Assembly: GCF_000372725.1 (NCBI RefSeq)
Contig: NW_005201202.1
Location: forward strand, 310,001-351,441
Direction: 5' to 3'
Length of the DNA stretch: 41,441 bases
Source of the DNA: Emiliania huxleyi CCMP1516
Taxonomy: Eukaryota
Shown here: piece after piece, positions 29,761 through 40,628 of the stretch
Position numbering within the stretch: position 1 is the first letter of the stretch
How the letters are laid out: every line of letters begins with the position of its first letter
Notes under the pieces: generated by a model
What the model was told of the DNA's origin: nothing
Seen by the model: only the letters and a program-made list of their open reading frames with translations
Database searches by the model: none
Position numbers and translations under genes: made by a program

Positions 29761-32700
29761 TCAGGCAAGGCCGTGGCACTTCCCCAGATGTGGCCGCCCG
29801 CCCAGCCCGGCCAGCACCCGCTCGAGCGCCGCTAGGCGTCCCCACCCTGCCGGCAGGGCGACGCGCCAGAGCACGTTCGCGCACACGACCGGCCCGTCCG
29901 CGTTGACGCCCTGCTCCGCTCTCCCGGGCCCGCCCACGAACTTGAGCTCGAGCGTCTTGCCCGCGCAGCCGCTCGCGGCGAGGAAGCCCGCGCTGCCCAA
30001 CGTGGCCACCAGCTCTGCGAGCGCCGCCCGCGGCAGAGCGTACTCGAGCGACACCCACCGCGCCGTCGGCCCCGGCTCCGCCGCACCGCCCTCGCCCTCG
30101 CCACGCGGCGCCGCGAGCGGCGGCGCGCCGCGGTACCAGTTCTCGCCGTCATAGCGCGCCGCGCCGGGTGCCGGGGCGCGGCCCACGTCCTCGAGCGCGC
30201 ACGCGCAGAGCTGCGGCTCTCCGAGCGCCCACCAGACCCAGAGGTGGCGGTAGGCCTGTGAGCGGTGAGTGAGGAGGAGATGCTCATTGATTAGGCGGGT
30301 GCACGGGTCAGTGCTCCGCATCTAGGGTGGCAGGCCTCGCACATAGCGTCGCAGCGCGCGACAAACGCGGCCAGGTCCATGGTGTGCACGTGTCGCCGCA
30401 CGTAGTACCGAGGCTCGCACTCGAGCGTGATGCTCACCTGCACGAGATGACTTGACGTTGTACTCTGCAGAGTACAGGCTCGCACGCGAGCGTGATGCGC
30501 CCACCGCCACGCCCCGCACGCCCAGAGAGACGCGCGCAGCCCGCAGCGACGGCGGAGCAGCGGGCGCGGAGACGCCATGGCCTTCCCCGCCGCGGCCGCC
30601 GCCGCTCCCGTTGGCCGCCGTGCCGGCAGCGACCGCAGCCTCGCCCTCCCCCTCGCTACGTCTCTCCCCCTCTGCCCCTCCCCCTCCCCGCTCCCCGCAC
30701 GCCTCGCCCCCCGCCCCTCCCTCTTCGGAAAGACTCACCCGGCGGCCGGCGCCGCACCGCAACTCGAGCGCGACCACCGCGTCCGCCAGCGTGCCGTCCC
30801 GTGGCGCCGAACCGTGCGACCCCGCTCCTGGTGCAGGGACATGGGGAGCTGAGGGCGAGAATGCAGTGTCGTGCGGTGTGGTCAGACTCTGAACGGCCGA
30901 ACTATGGCTGCAGAGCGACTGCAAGCAGCAGCATCGCGGCTGCAAAACAGCGGAACACGCTGCCTTCGAAAGTGCTATTTGGAAGGCAGGGATCGGCTGT
31001 TCTGCATCTGAGTGCCCCGCGCCGAGCGTCGCCCCGCCGACCGTCTGCTCGAGCAGCATCGGCCACGAGCCTACGGTCAGGTCGTGCGCCGCGAGCACGC
31101 GCCGCAGCTCGCGCAAGCTCAGCCCCGGCTCAACCGTCACCCGCCGCCGCGCCGCGTCAATGCAGAGCACGCGCCGCATCCCGCCCAGCCGCAAACTGAG
31201 CACGCCCGCCCCCTCGCCGCCCGCCTCGCCGCCCGCCTCGCCGCCCGCCTCGCCGCCCGCCTCGCCGCCCGCCGCCGCATAGGAGCCGCTCCAGCTGTGT
31301 GCAGCGCCCAGGGGGAGCGCCTACAGCCGAGAGAGAGCCGAGATGTAGCCGAGAGATAGCCGAGAGAGATCCGAGAGGTAGCCGAGAGATGGCCGAGAGG
31401 TAGCCGAGAGATGGCCGAGAGGTAGCCGAGATCCGCGGGGCGCGCCTCCAGCCGCAGCGAGGCGGCGAGGGCGAGGGCGCCGCCCACCTCTGCCGCCGTG
31501 GCGCACGGCAGCAGGAGCCTCGGCACAAAGAAGCGCGTCCCGCTCGCGTCGCTCACCTCGGTGGGCGGCACGGAGACCCATATCTCCCCATATCTCCCCA
31601 TATCTCCCCATATCTCCCCATATCTCCCCTCACCTCGGTGGGCGGCAAGGAGAGCAGCGGCGAAGCTGCAGCGCCACTCTCTGCCGCCGCGAGCGCCTCG
31701 GCCGCAGCCACCACCCGTCGCGTCTCGCTCGACCGGAGCAGCATCGACACGAGAGCGAGGTCGCGCAACGCCTGCCGGACGTGTCGTGGGCGTGTCGTGG
31801 GCGTGTCGTGGACGTGTCGCGGGCGTGTCGTGGACGTGTCGCGGGCGTGTCGCGGACGTGTCGTCGTGTCGCGGGCGTGTCGCGGGCGTGTCGCGGGCGT
31901 GTAGCGGGCGTGTAGCGGGCGTGTCGTGGACGTGTCGTGGACATGTCGTGGGCGCGCCTCGTCGCAGCCGAGCAGGCAGTGGGTGCCCCACGGCGCGGCC
32001 GCAAGGCTCGCCTGCAGGAAGGTTCCGAGAAGGTTCCGAGCAGCTTCCGAGCAGGCAGCGCCCCGCAGTCGCAAGGCTCGCCGGCCACAGCCCCGCGCGG
32101 CGGACGACCAGCGCTCTCACCGCGGTCAGCGCGTGCTCGAGGCTCTCGGCGACGCCGCCCTCCACCCACCCGTCGCCGTCGAGAAGCTGCGTCGTGGCCT
32201 CTCCGCCGAAGCGCTCGAGCGCGACGCGCGCCCGCCCGCACCTGTGCCCGCCCCCCTCCTCCGCCGCCCAGAGGCAGAGAGCGCCGAGCTCGCCCTCGAG
32301 AATCAGCGACGGAGGCGCGGCGGCGGCGGCGGAGGAGGAGGAGGAGGAGGAGGAGGAGGAGGAGGAGGAGGAGGAGGAGGCGGAGGCGCGGCGAGGACCG
32401 CCCGAGCTGAGTGCGAGGGTGGCGGCGGAGCTGCAGTGCTCGAAGCGCACCCAGCCGCATAGCGAGCCGCCGCCCGCGCCATCCGCGCCGCTGCAGAGCG
32501 CGGCCGAGCCCTCGACAGGCTCTCCGAGCGCCTCTCGGAGCAGCCGCGCCCAGTGCACGCCCGCGTCCACCAGCCACGCGCCTTCTCCGGCCTGCGAGCG
32601 CCACGGCGGCTCCCGCCCGCCGCCCGCCGCGCGGTCTGCCGGGTCGGCTGGGTGGTGGTGCGAGAGGTGCGCCGAGACCACGCGGCCGATGGCGCCCTCC

Positions 32701-33167
32701 TGCAGCCGCTCGCGCAGCCAGCGGACGGACGGCTTGAACTGCCAGTTCTCGAGCACCAGCCACACGGGCGCACGCGGCCCGAGCTCGGCGATCGTGTCGA
32801 GGATGCGGCGGGCCGCTTCGATCGATGGCGCAGCCGGCTTCTCCGAGAGCACGTGCTTGCCGGCGCGGAGCGCCGCCTCGACCGCTGCCGGCATCAGCGG
32901 GATCGGCAGCACGAGCAGCACAGCGTCCACGTCCGCATCTGCAAAGAGCTGCTCCATCTTGGCGAAGCGGCGCACCTCCCGCTCGGGGTCGGCGGCGTGG
33001 ATCTTGGCCTCAGCTCGCGCCATGGACTTGCGCGTGCGCGAGCACACGGCAGTGAGGCGCACGCCGACCCGCTGCTCGAGCGCGAGCAGCGCCGGCACGT
33101 GCGCCCGCAGTGCAAACCACGAGCAGCCGACCAGGCCGAGCTTGAGCCGCGGTGGCTCCCACGCCAT
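29761..33167 (-). CDS. Fusion of a Gfo/Idh/MocA NAD(P) oxidoreductase with an FAD-linked aldonolactone/alditol oxidase (FAD_binding_4 + ALO), 868 aa; exons 33167-32082, 32011-31958, 31771-31634, 31556-31446, 31320-31023, 30827-30505, 30437-30336, 30255-29761
   Basis: Gfo motifs KLGLVGC, ADADVDAV, GKHVLSEKP, DAGVH and EALRDL. ALO motifs LGAAHSWS, VTVEPGLSL, QTVGGATLGAGSHGS, AARVSLGVRGV, EYALP and GGRPHLGK. Seven introns splice to one open frame. Confidence 0.82.
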
Positions 33168-33755
33168 CGGTCAACACTGATACGGCCTCTCCCACGCTCT
33201 CGGGGGAACTCTGTGGGCAGATGACGAGCGCAGCTAGCCGATAGGCGTCCCGCGCGTGAACGTGTTTTCTTCTTCTGGCGAGTGATCTGTGATCTGCACA
33301 CGTTCTCGTTGGTGCGCCAGTTCTGTGGGAGGGAGTTTTCTGGCAAAACTAGTTTTTCTCAGCCGTCGGCAACGATTTTTTTTCGTGCCACTCTCGGGCT
33401 TTTAGAATTCTTCTGCCTTGGAAAAGTCTTCCTCTCGTTCTCCCCGACCCCCATGAGGATGAGCCATGTTTGGCTGAAAGCTAGTGTGTGTTTGATGATT
33501 GATGTACTCACCTATGGTCCTCTCGGTGGAGGCCGAGACGGGTGCGCATGTGTCCTCGAGACGGGTGTCTCAGAAGTCAGAACGCAAAACAAGTAAGGTC
33601 TAAGCGCGTGAGGGGCGACACGAGAAGCGGAGGGCGCAGGCGGAAGTGGCAACACCCGCCGCCCCTAACTCCACGCAGAGCATGCGCGACGTATGTGGCC
33701 CCGCTCTCCTCCGCCCCGCGGGGCGGAGCGCTATTCGCCGCGTGCGGGCGCCGGC

Positions 33756-36700
33756 TCACTCCCACTCGGTCGTGGCGGGCGGCTTGGAGGTGATGTCGAG
33801 CGCGATGCGCGCGATGCCCGGCACCTCGGCCAGGATGCGCCGCTGCAGCTCGACGAGCATCTCGAGAGGGAGGTCGCGGCCGGGCAGCGCGGGCTTGCCC
33901 GTCATGAAGTCGCGGGTGATGAAGGCGCGGATGCCGATCGAGCGCGCTCCCTCCACGCCGAAGCCGACCGGGAAGAGCACCACCGGCACCTGGGCGAGCG
34001 AGCGGAGCAGGTTGTACTTGGTCAGCGTCTGCGTGACGATGTGGTCCGCCGCGCGGAGCTGGTCGAGCGCGTCGCGCGTGAGGGTCGTCGGCGTGATGGC
34101 CTTTGGCGCCGCGGCGATCTTCTCGCCCAGCACGTAGACGATCCGGTTCACGTCGTGCAGATGGCACGGGATCTCTTGCGCCAGCGTGAAGAGCGCCTCC
34201 CACTGCTCGTCGGGCGGAGCGTCGGAAGAGAGCGCGGCAAGGTACGAGTACGAGCGGCCGTCGCCCTGCGCGTGGAAAGGGGAGGGAGCGCCGAGCGGTG
34301 AGCGCCTCCGCCGCGTGCATCCACACCACGCGGCACGCGGGGGAGGAGGGCATGGGGGCACGGCCTCGGGCGGAACACAACTCTCCTCCGGGGCGGTCGG
34401 ACGTAAACTGCCACTGGGTTCGCGTCGTCACGGGCGGGGCGGGTGTACAGAGTGTGCGAATCTGGTGTGCCGCTGTGCGCGCGCCTGGACGCCGACCGTG
34501 CGGACGGGCAGCAGCGCCGAAGTGAGGCGCAGCTCGGGGTGGCGGGCACACTCGGCAGCGAGGGCGGCCGAGGAGCGGTCGTACTCCTCGGTGAGGTACG
34601 GCTCGGTCGCGCAGAGCGTGCGGATGGCGAGGCCGGGCCCGGGGAAGGGCTGCCTCCAGACGAGCGGCGCCGGCAGCCCGAGCTCGATCCCGAGCTCGCG
34701 CACCTCGTCCTTGTGGTAGTCCTTGAGCGGCTCGATGATGCGCCCCTGCGGGACGAAGAAGGGGTCCGAGAAGGGGTCCGAGAAGGGTCGGGAGAGAAGG
34801 GTCGGGGAAAGGGTCGGAGTCCAACGCGGCTGGCTTGGGAGCCGGTGGAAGAGGGGCCGGGGGGTTGGGCTGGCGCGTGGGGCGTGGACTTGGCGGGTAA
34901 GAAACAAGGTGGAGAGAAAGGGCCGGAAAAAGAAGGGGAAAAAAAAGAGGGGGAAGGGAGGGGGGCCCGGTCCCCGCAGGTCGCCGAACAAACCTGCGTG
35001 TCGATGGGGGCGCGGCCTTGATACCCTTCCCGTTGGAAGAAAACCCAGGGGTGGAAGCCCGGACTCGAACAAGGTCCGGGCCCCCACACGNNNNNNNNNN
35101 NNNNNNNNNNNNNNNNNNNNNNNNNNNNNNNNNNNNNNNNNNNNNNNNNNNNNNNNNNNNNNNNNNNNNNNNNNNNNNNNNNNNNNNNNNTTGTGGTGCG
35201 TCTTGATGACGTTCGCGTTGGAGGAAACGAGGGTGGAGGCCGACTCGATCAGGTCGGGCCGCAGCGTGCCCTGCGCGAGGTACACATCCTCCGCCTTGAG
35301 CCCCTTCTTCTCGACCATCGCCTGGGTGACCCGCATGAACGTGTCGCCGATGATCTTGCGCTTGAGCTCCGGCGCGCACTCGGTGGCGAGCGGGAGCGAG
35401 GTCTTGCCGTTGACCTCGGTGACCGCCTCTGCAAAGTCCTTGGTCGCGTCGAGCGCGTCGATCGGCACGCCCAGCGCAGCGAGCGCCTTCACGACGCCCG
35501 ACGACTCCTCGTGACGCATGAAGCCGTGGTCAATGTGCAGCGCAATCAGCCGCTCCGGCCCGATGGCCTTGTGCAGGAGAGCAGCACAGACGGAGGAGTC
35601 GACGCCGCCGGAGACGAGGACGAGCACCTTCTTGTCGCCCACGGTGGCGCGGATCTCCTCGATCGCCGCCTCCTGCCGCGACTCCATCGTGTAGGAGCCG
35701 GACAGCTTGGCAACCTGCGCGCCGGCGCGGGGCGGGCTGGGGCGGGGGGCGGGCCGGGGCGGAAGGGCGGGCCGGGGCGGAAGGGCGGGCCGGGGACGGG
35801 GCGGAGGGGCGGCCGTGGGAGGGGAGGCGCGGCGGGAGCGAGGCGGAGGCGCCTTGAAGAGGAAGTTCGAGAGGATGGCGTTGCCGTCGACCGACAGGTC
35901 CACCTCGGGGTGGAACTGGACGCCGTACAGCCGCCGCTCGGCGCACTCGATCGCAGCGACGATCTGGCCCGAGCGGCCGACGATGCGGAAGCCGTCGGCG
36001 GGCTTGTCGACCGAGTCGCCGTGCGTGAGCAGCACCTTGGTCGACGAGCCGAGCCCCTCGAACAGCGTCGACCCCTCCTCGACCTGAGTGGCGCGAGCGA
36101 GGCACCAGGGCGGTGGGGAGCGGCGAGGACAGCGGTGAGGGCGGGGTGGAGTGCGGTGGAGTGCGGTGGTGAGGGCGTGAGGGTGGTGGGGAGGGGCGAG
36201 ACGGCCCACGCCAGGAGCGAGCGGCGCNNNNNNNNNNNNNNNNNNNNNNNNNNNNNNNNNNNNNNNNNNNNNNNNNNNNNNNNNNNNNNNNNNNNNNNNN
36301 NNNNNNNNNNNNNNNNNNNNNNNNNNNNNNNNNNNNNNNNNNNNNNNNNNNNNNNNNNNNNNNNNNNNNNNNNNNNNNNNNNNNNNNNNNNNNNNNNNNN
36401 NNNNNNNNNNNNNNNNNNNNNNNNNNNNNNNNNNNNNNNNNNNNNNNNNNNNNNNNNNNNNNNNNNNNNNNNNNNNNNNNNNNNNNNNNNNNNNNNNNNN
36501 NNNNNNNNNNNNNNNNNNNNNNNNNNNNNNNNNNNNNNNNNNNNNNNNNNNNNNNNNNNNNNNNNNNNNNNNNNNNNNNNNNNNNNNNNNNNNNNNNNNN
36601 NNNNNNNNNNNNNNNNNNNNNNNNNNNNNNNNNNNNNNNNNNNNNNNNNNNNNNNNCCGCCGCAGCTGTAGTTCATCAGCTGCATGCCGTAGCAGACGCC

Positions 36701-36955
36701 GAGGATCGGGAGCCCCATCTCGAAGATCTTGGGGTCGTACTTGGGCGCGTCGTCCGCGTACACGGACGCGCCGCCGCCAGAGACGACGAGCGCGGCGTAG
36801 CCGTCCCGGCGCAGGTCCTCGGCGGATGTGTGGAGGGGCAGCAGCTCGCACTCGACCTTGAGCTCGCGGAGGCGGCGGTCGATCACCTTGCCGTACTGCG
36901 CGCCGGCGTCCAGGATCGCCACGCGCTCGGAGTGGGCGGGGGCGGCAGGGCACAT
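33756..36955 (-). CDS. GMPS: GMP synthase (glutamine-hydrolysing), interrupted by two assembly gaps
   Basis: [104 protein letters not shown]. Confidence 0.95.
35091..35190. other. Assembly gap (N run)
   Basis: Run of n. Confidence 1.
36228..36656. other. Assembly gap (N run)
   Basis: Run of n. Confidence 1.
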
Positions 36956-37530
36956 ATCTGCCGGGCCGAGCGCAGCGAGCGTGTGAGCGCACCGATAAAA
37001 AAGTACGGGCTGAGAGGCGAGGGCCGCCCCGGCCGTGCGGCGACGCAGGGCGTCGCGTACGACGGCAGGCGCAGCCGGGGATGCCGCTGCACCCGCGAGC
37101 GGGCTGCGTGGGAGGCGACCCGGCCGCGCCGTTGGCAGGCGAAGCGCGGCGGTGCAACACGGCTGGCGGGCGCGAGCGAGCGAGCCGCGGCGGTTCGGTG
37201 GCGACCGTGGCGCGGCCATGAAGACGCGCCAGGCTGCTGGGGCGGTGCTCGCGCGCGCGGGGCGGGAAGGTGCAGGCTTACCTCTCCGGCGATGAGGGTA
37301 TGGACCGGAGCTGCCGGCGGGAAGGGCGAGCCGCAACGATTTTCTTTCTTTTGTGCTTTCTGACGTTCTTCATTGAAATCGCACCAGTCACCTTCCAATC
37401 AATCACCCACCCTATCAAAAATCGGCGGCAGCTGTGCCTCTTGTGCAGCTGCAGAAAAGTTGTCCTGCTGTGCCGGCGTGGTGTACTCGCCCGAGCGCTT
37501 GATCCTTGTTTGTTTGTCCGCGTGATAACA

Positions 37531-37652
37531 TCGTTGCCGCACAGCTTGCACTTCCCCCAGCTGCGGCGGTGCTCGAAGCCAGCGCAGCCAGCTTCCGCGT
37601 TGCAGCGCATCCGGCACGCGGCGACAGTCATTTGCTGCCCTGTCGTGCACAC
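37531..37652 (-). pseudogene. Orphan PAN/Apple-like cysteine-domain fragment
   Basis: CTTGQQMTVAACRMRCNAEAGCAGFEHRRSWGKCKLC has the C-x3-C-x5-C-x2-F...C-x-L spacing of PAN domains. Confidence 0.4.
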
Positions 37653-38264
37653 ACAGAGAGTAAGTAAGTAAGTCTGTCTTCGATGGAGTACATGTAAGTG
37701 CCCGAGGAGTAGAGAGATCGCAAGAATTCTACCATTACATACAAGGCCCTCTCACAGCAGGCTGGCTCTCGGATGGCAACAACAACAACAGTCAACACAA
37801 ATGGCAACCCTGTCTGCACGTCTCGCGCGCGCGTGAACAGGGCCCCAAATGACGTGTGAGTGTTAGAGTTGTTTGGTATTGCTAAAAATCTCTCTCGGAT
37901 GGCACTACAAAAGTGTACAAAAGGCATGAAATCCCACTCGATACCTCCCAAGTCTCAGCCACAAGGACTAGGTGCGTGCGCTATTGGATGGAGACTCTCA
38001 AGCTCAGCGGTGCAGTTCGCTTCCCCCTCTTGTCCTCGTCACCGTACGCGTACCCGTTCTGCCTCGCGGTCGATCGGCGACCAGCCGAGCCACTCCTTGC
38101 ACCTTGGCGCGGTCGACGGCCTCGCCGTCGTCCCACTCGCTGCACGAGTCGAACGAACTCGTCCTCTGATCCGTACCCCGTGAACTTGTCTGGCGTCCAA
38201 TCGTTCCACTCGCCTTGCAGCTCGTCTTGTAAGTCTTCAACATACGCATACGCGTTGGCCTTTA

Positions 38265-38680
38265 CGAGAGTTTCCGGCAACCCAGAGGGAAACCAGAGGG
38301 TCCCCAGCACTTGGAGTTTCCGGAAATTTCCAGGGAAACCAGAGGGTGTTTGGTGCTGCATTCTGGCAACTCCGAGTTTCCCGGAGTCTGAGAGCTGGTT
38401 TGGGGCAAGATCTGAGGCGAAACCGAGGAACCGGCAAACTACCGGGTATTTTCCAGGCACATGACATGTATACCTGGGGTTTTCCAGGATTACCCGCAAA
38501 ATACCCGGTATTTTGCCGATTAGGCTGATTTGGGGCCCAAACCAGCCTCAGACTCGGCTCAGAGCCCGGGAAATTGAGTGATGTATGATGAGGAGTTTCC
38601 CCAGGAAACTAGAGGGTGCTGTAGGGAACTGGTAGGGAAACGATCAGGAAACACGGAAAGGAAACCAGGGTCCAGGCAGG
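38265..38680. repeat. MITE/foldback-like region with nested inverted repeats and GGAAAC/TTTCC words
   Basis: GAGTCTGAG(A)GCTGGTTTGGG (~38385) pairs with CCCAAACCAGCCTCAGACTC (~38535). ACCGGGTATTTT (38441) pairs with AAAATACCCGGT (~38497). GGAAAC.AGAGGG occurs x3. Confidence 0.55.
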
Positions 38681-39021
38681 GTGCGAGCGAGAGGAAACAT
38701 ACGTAAAGCCTAACATACGCGGCGAGCCGACGGCGTAATACTGCCGCCGCGACCAGCGCGGGCGGTCGCCGTAGCCCTGAAGCCAGGCGCAGCTTGCCCA
38801 TGGAACAGAAATAAGGAAGACCGAGAGAGAGAGTCAGCGAGCTGCACGGCCCAGAGGCCCACAAGTGCGGAGGAGAGCAGGGTCTTCGCGGCACGGGCCT
38901 CCACGCCTAGGCTAGGCATTCTCGCGGCTGTGCAACTCAGCCCTAGCACCCAGAAAAGCAAGAAATCGGAGCCGCATCGCAGCCTGCGACCACAGTTTCG
39001 ATCGGCAGCATCGCAGCCCGA

Positions 39022-40089
39022 ATGCTGCCCTGCCTCCTCCCTCTCCGAGCCATGGTCGCCTGCCTGCTCGCCATGTCGTCCGCCAAGTCGATGTACCGGC
39101 CGCAGCGCGCGGCCGCGGCGGCCGCTGCGGCCGCACCGTCCACGGCGCCGGCTCCCGCGTACAACTACTCGCGAGACACGATGGAGGCGTATCAGGACGC
39201 GTCCGCGTCCAACGCCGGGAGATATCAGGCCGTCCGCGACCGCCTCGACGTGTCCTATCACGGCACCTACGCGCTCGCCCGGCAGCGGCTGCAGGACCGG
39301 CTGATTGGCTGCGCGCTGCGCGGGGTGCGAGGCGGCCGGACGAGGCCGTGGATCATCTTCACGGCGGGCGCGATGGGATCGGGCAAGAGCCGCACCTTTG
39401 AGTACCTGGTCGAGCGCGGCATCATCCCGCTGCAGGGCGTGCAGATGCTCGACTCGGACGCCTTCAAGACGCGGCTCCCTGAGTGGGAAGGCTACCTGGC
39501 GCGCGACCCGCTCTCGGCGGGGCTGCACACGCGGCGGGAGAGCGGCTACATGCTCGAGATCGCGCAGGAGGCGGCGCTGCGCGAGCGGCGCCACGTCTGG
39601 GTCGACGGCTCCCTCCGCGACGGGGAGTGGTACCAGTCCGAGTTTGCACGGCTGCGCAGGGAGCACCCTGACTACTCGATCGCGATCGTGCACGTGGTGG
39701 CGACGCGGCAGGCGGTGCTCGAGCGCGTGAAGCGGCGCGCCGCCGTCACCGGCCGCCACGTCCCCGAGGCGGAGATCGACGACTCGCTCGTCCGCGTGCC
39801 GCCGGCGGTGCGGCTGCTCGCGCCGCGCGTCGACTTTCTGGCCGTGGTGGACAACTCGGCCGAGCGGCCGCACCTGGTCGAGTACTGCACGGGGGAGACG
39901 TGCAAGCTGTGCGTCGACGACTGGGAGCAAATCGCCACCCGCCTCGAGTGCGACGCGGACGAGGGCGCCGCCGCCGCCGCCCCGCCCGAAGAGTGCCAGA
40001 TCCACGACCTCGACTGGGGCGACGTGTCGAAGAACTTTGAGGCGGCGCGGCGCACCTCGAGCGCGGCGAGCAGCGACGAGTGGGGCTGA
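39022..40089 (+). CDS. Zeta-toxin-like P-loop kinase domain protein with a hydrophobic N-terminus
   Basis: WIIFTAGAMGSGKS (Walker A), LDSDAFKTRLPE, HTRRESG, VWVDGSLRD, R..RA..TGRHVP, VVDNS; single exon, 355 aa. Confidence 0.8.
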   Translation: MLPCLLPLRAMVACLLAMSSAKSMYRPQRAAAAAAAAAPSTAPAPAYNYSRDTMEAYQDASASNAGRYQAVRDRLDVSYHGTYALARQRLQDRLIGCALRGVRGGRTRPWIIFTAGAMGSGKSRTFEYLVERGIIPLQGVQMLDSDAFKTRLPEWEGYLARDPLSAGLHTRRESGYMLEIAQEAALRERRHVWVDGSLRDGEWYQSEFARLRREHPDYSIAIVHVVATRQAVLERVKRRAAVTGRHVPEAEIDDSLVRVPPAVRLLAPRVDFLAVVDNSAERPHLVEYCTGETCKLCVDDWEQIATRLECDADEGAAAAAPPEECQIHDLDWGDVSKNFEAARRTSSAASSDEWG

Positions 40090-40628
40090 CGCGGCGGATC
40101 CGCACGCTCCTGTACATCTCTGGTTGGCGAGGGTCGGGGGAGGCATGCCATGTAATTATCGAGAGGGGGGGTTGTGAGGTCTCAGCGCGGCAGCCGCGTT
40201 CGTGTCGCCCGTGTCGGCCAGGGCCTCACACCGCATACAATTTTGTCTATTGCAATATATGTCTATTACGCCGTTCTCTCTGTCGAATGTTTAATCTCAG
40301 TGTGCGCGCCGCTCTGGGCCGCTCTCCGTGTCTCGATCTCTCGTCGCTTGCGTGCCTGCAGCTGCACTGCCCGCTCTCTCGCCCCTCGCGCCCCTCCCCC
40401 TCCCCCCGCTCAAACCCCCCGGTCGCGGTCCGAGACCGCGCGCGCGCGCGGGCGCGGCTCTCAGTTTCACTTTTTCGCAGCGTACGAACTTGACGTGCCA
40501 CTTCTCCGCACGCCGGTGTCCCCGCCGAGAGGGCGAGGTGGTGGCAACAATGGTGGTCGCAACAATACCGTACAGCCTCTCGAGTGGCGGCGGAGGGGCG
40601 GCACGCCCTCCGCCCCCCCGCGCGTCTC

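Noticed and set aside
31498..33180. 560-aa plus-strand ORF and similar R/A/P-rich antisense ORFs throughout the window
   Set aside because: Shadow frames expected at this GC content, opposite recognisable genes, with no motifs
33577..37336. Long ORFs of 492-910 aa spanning the N runs
   Set aside because: Artefacts of translating through gaps and GC-rich introns; the real content is GMPS exons
743..37730. Recurrent AGAATT(C/T)T word in intergenic DNA as a promoter motif
   Set aside because: Too few instances, and explainable by locally higher AT content without a statistical test
37981..38260. Acidic coding-like stretch (YAYVEDLQDELQGEWNDW...)
   Set aside because: Protein-like, but it has no start, no recognisable family and an inconsistent frame; not enough to call
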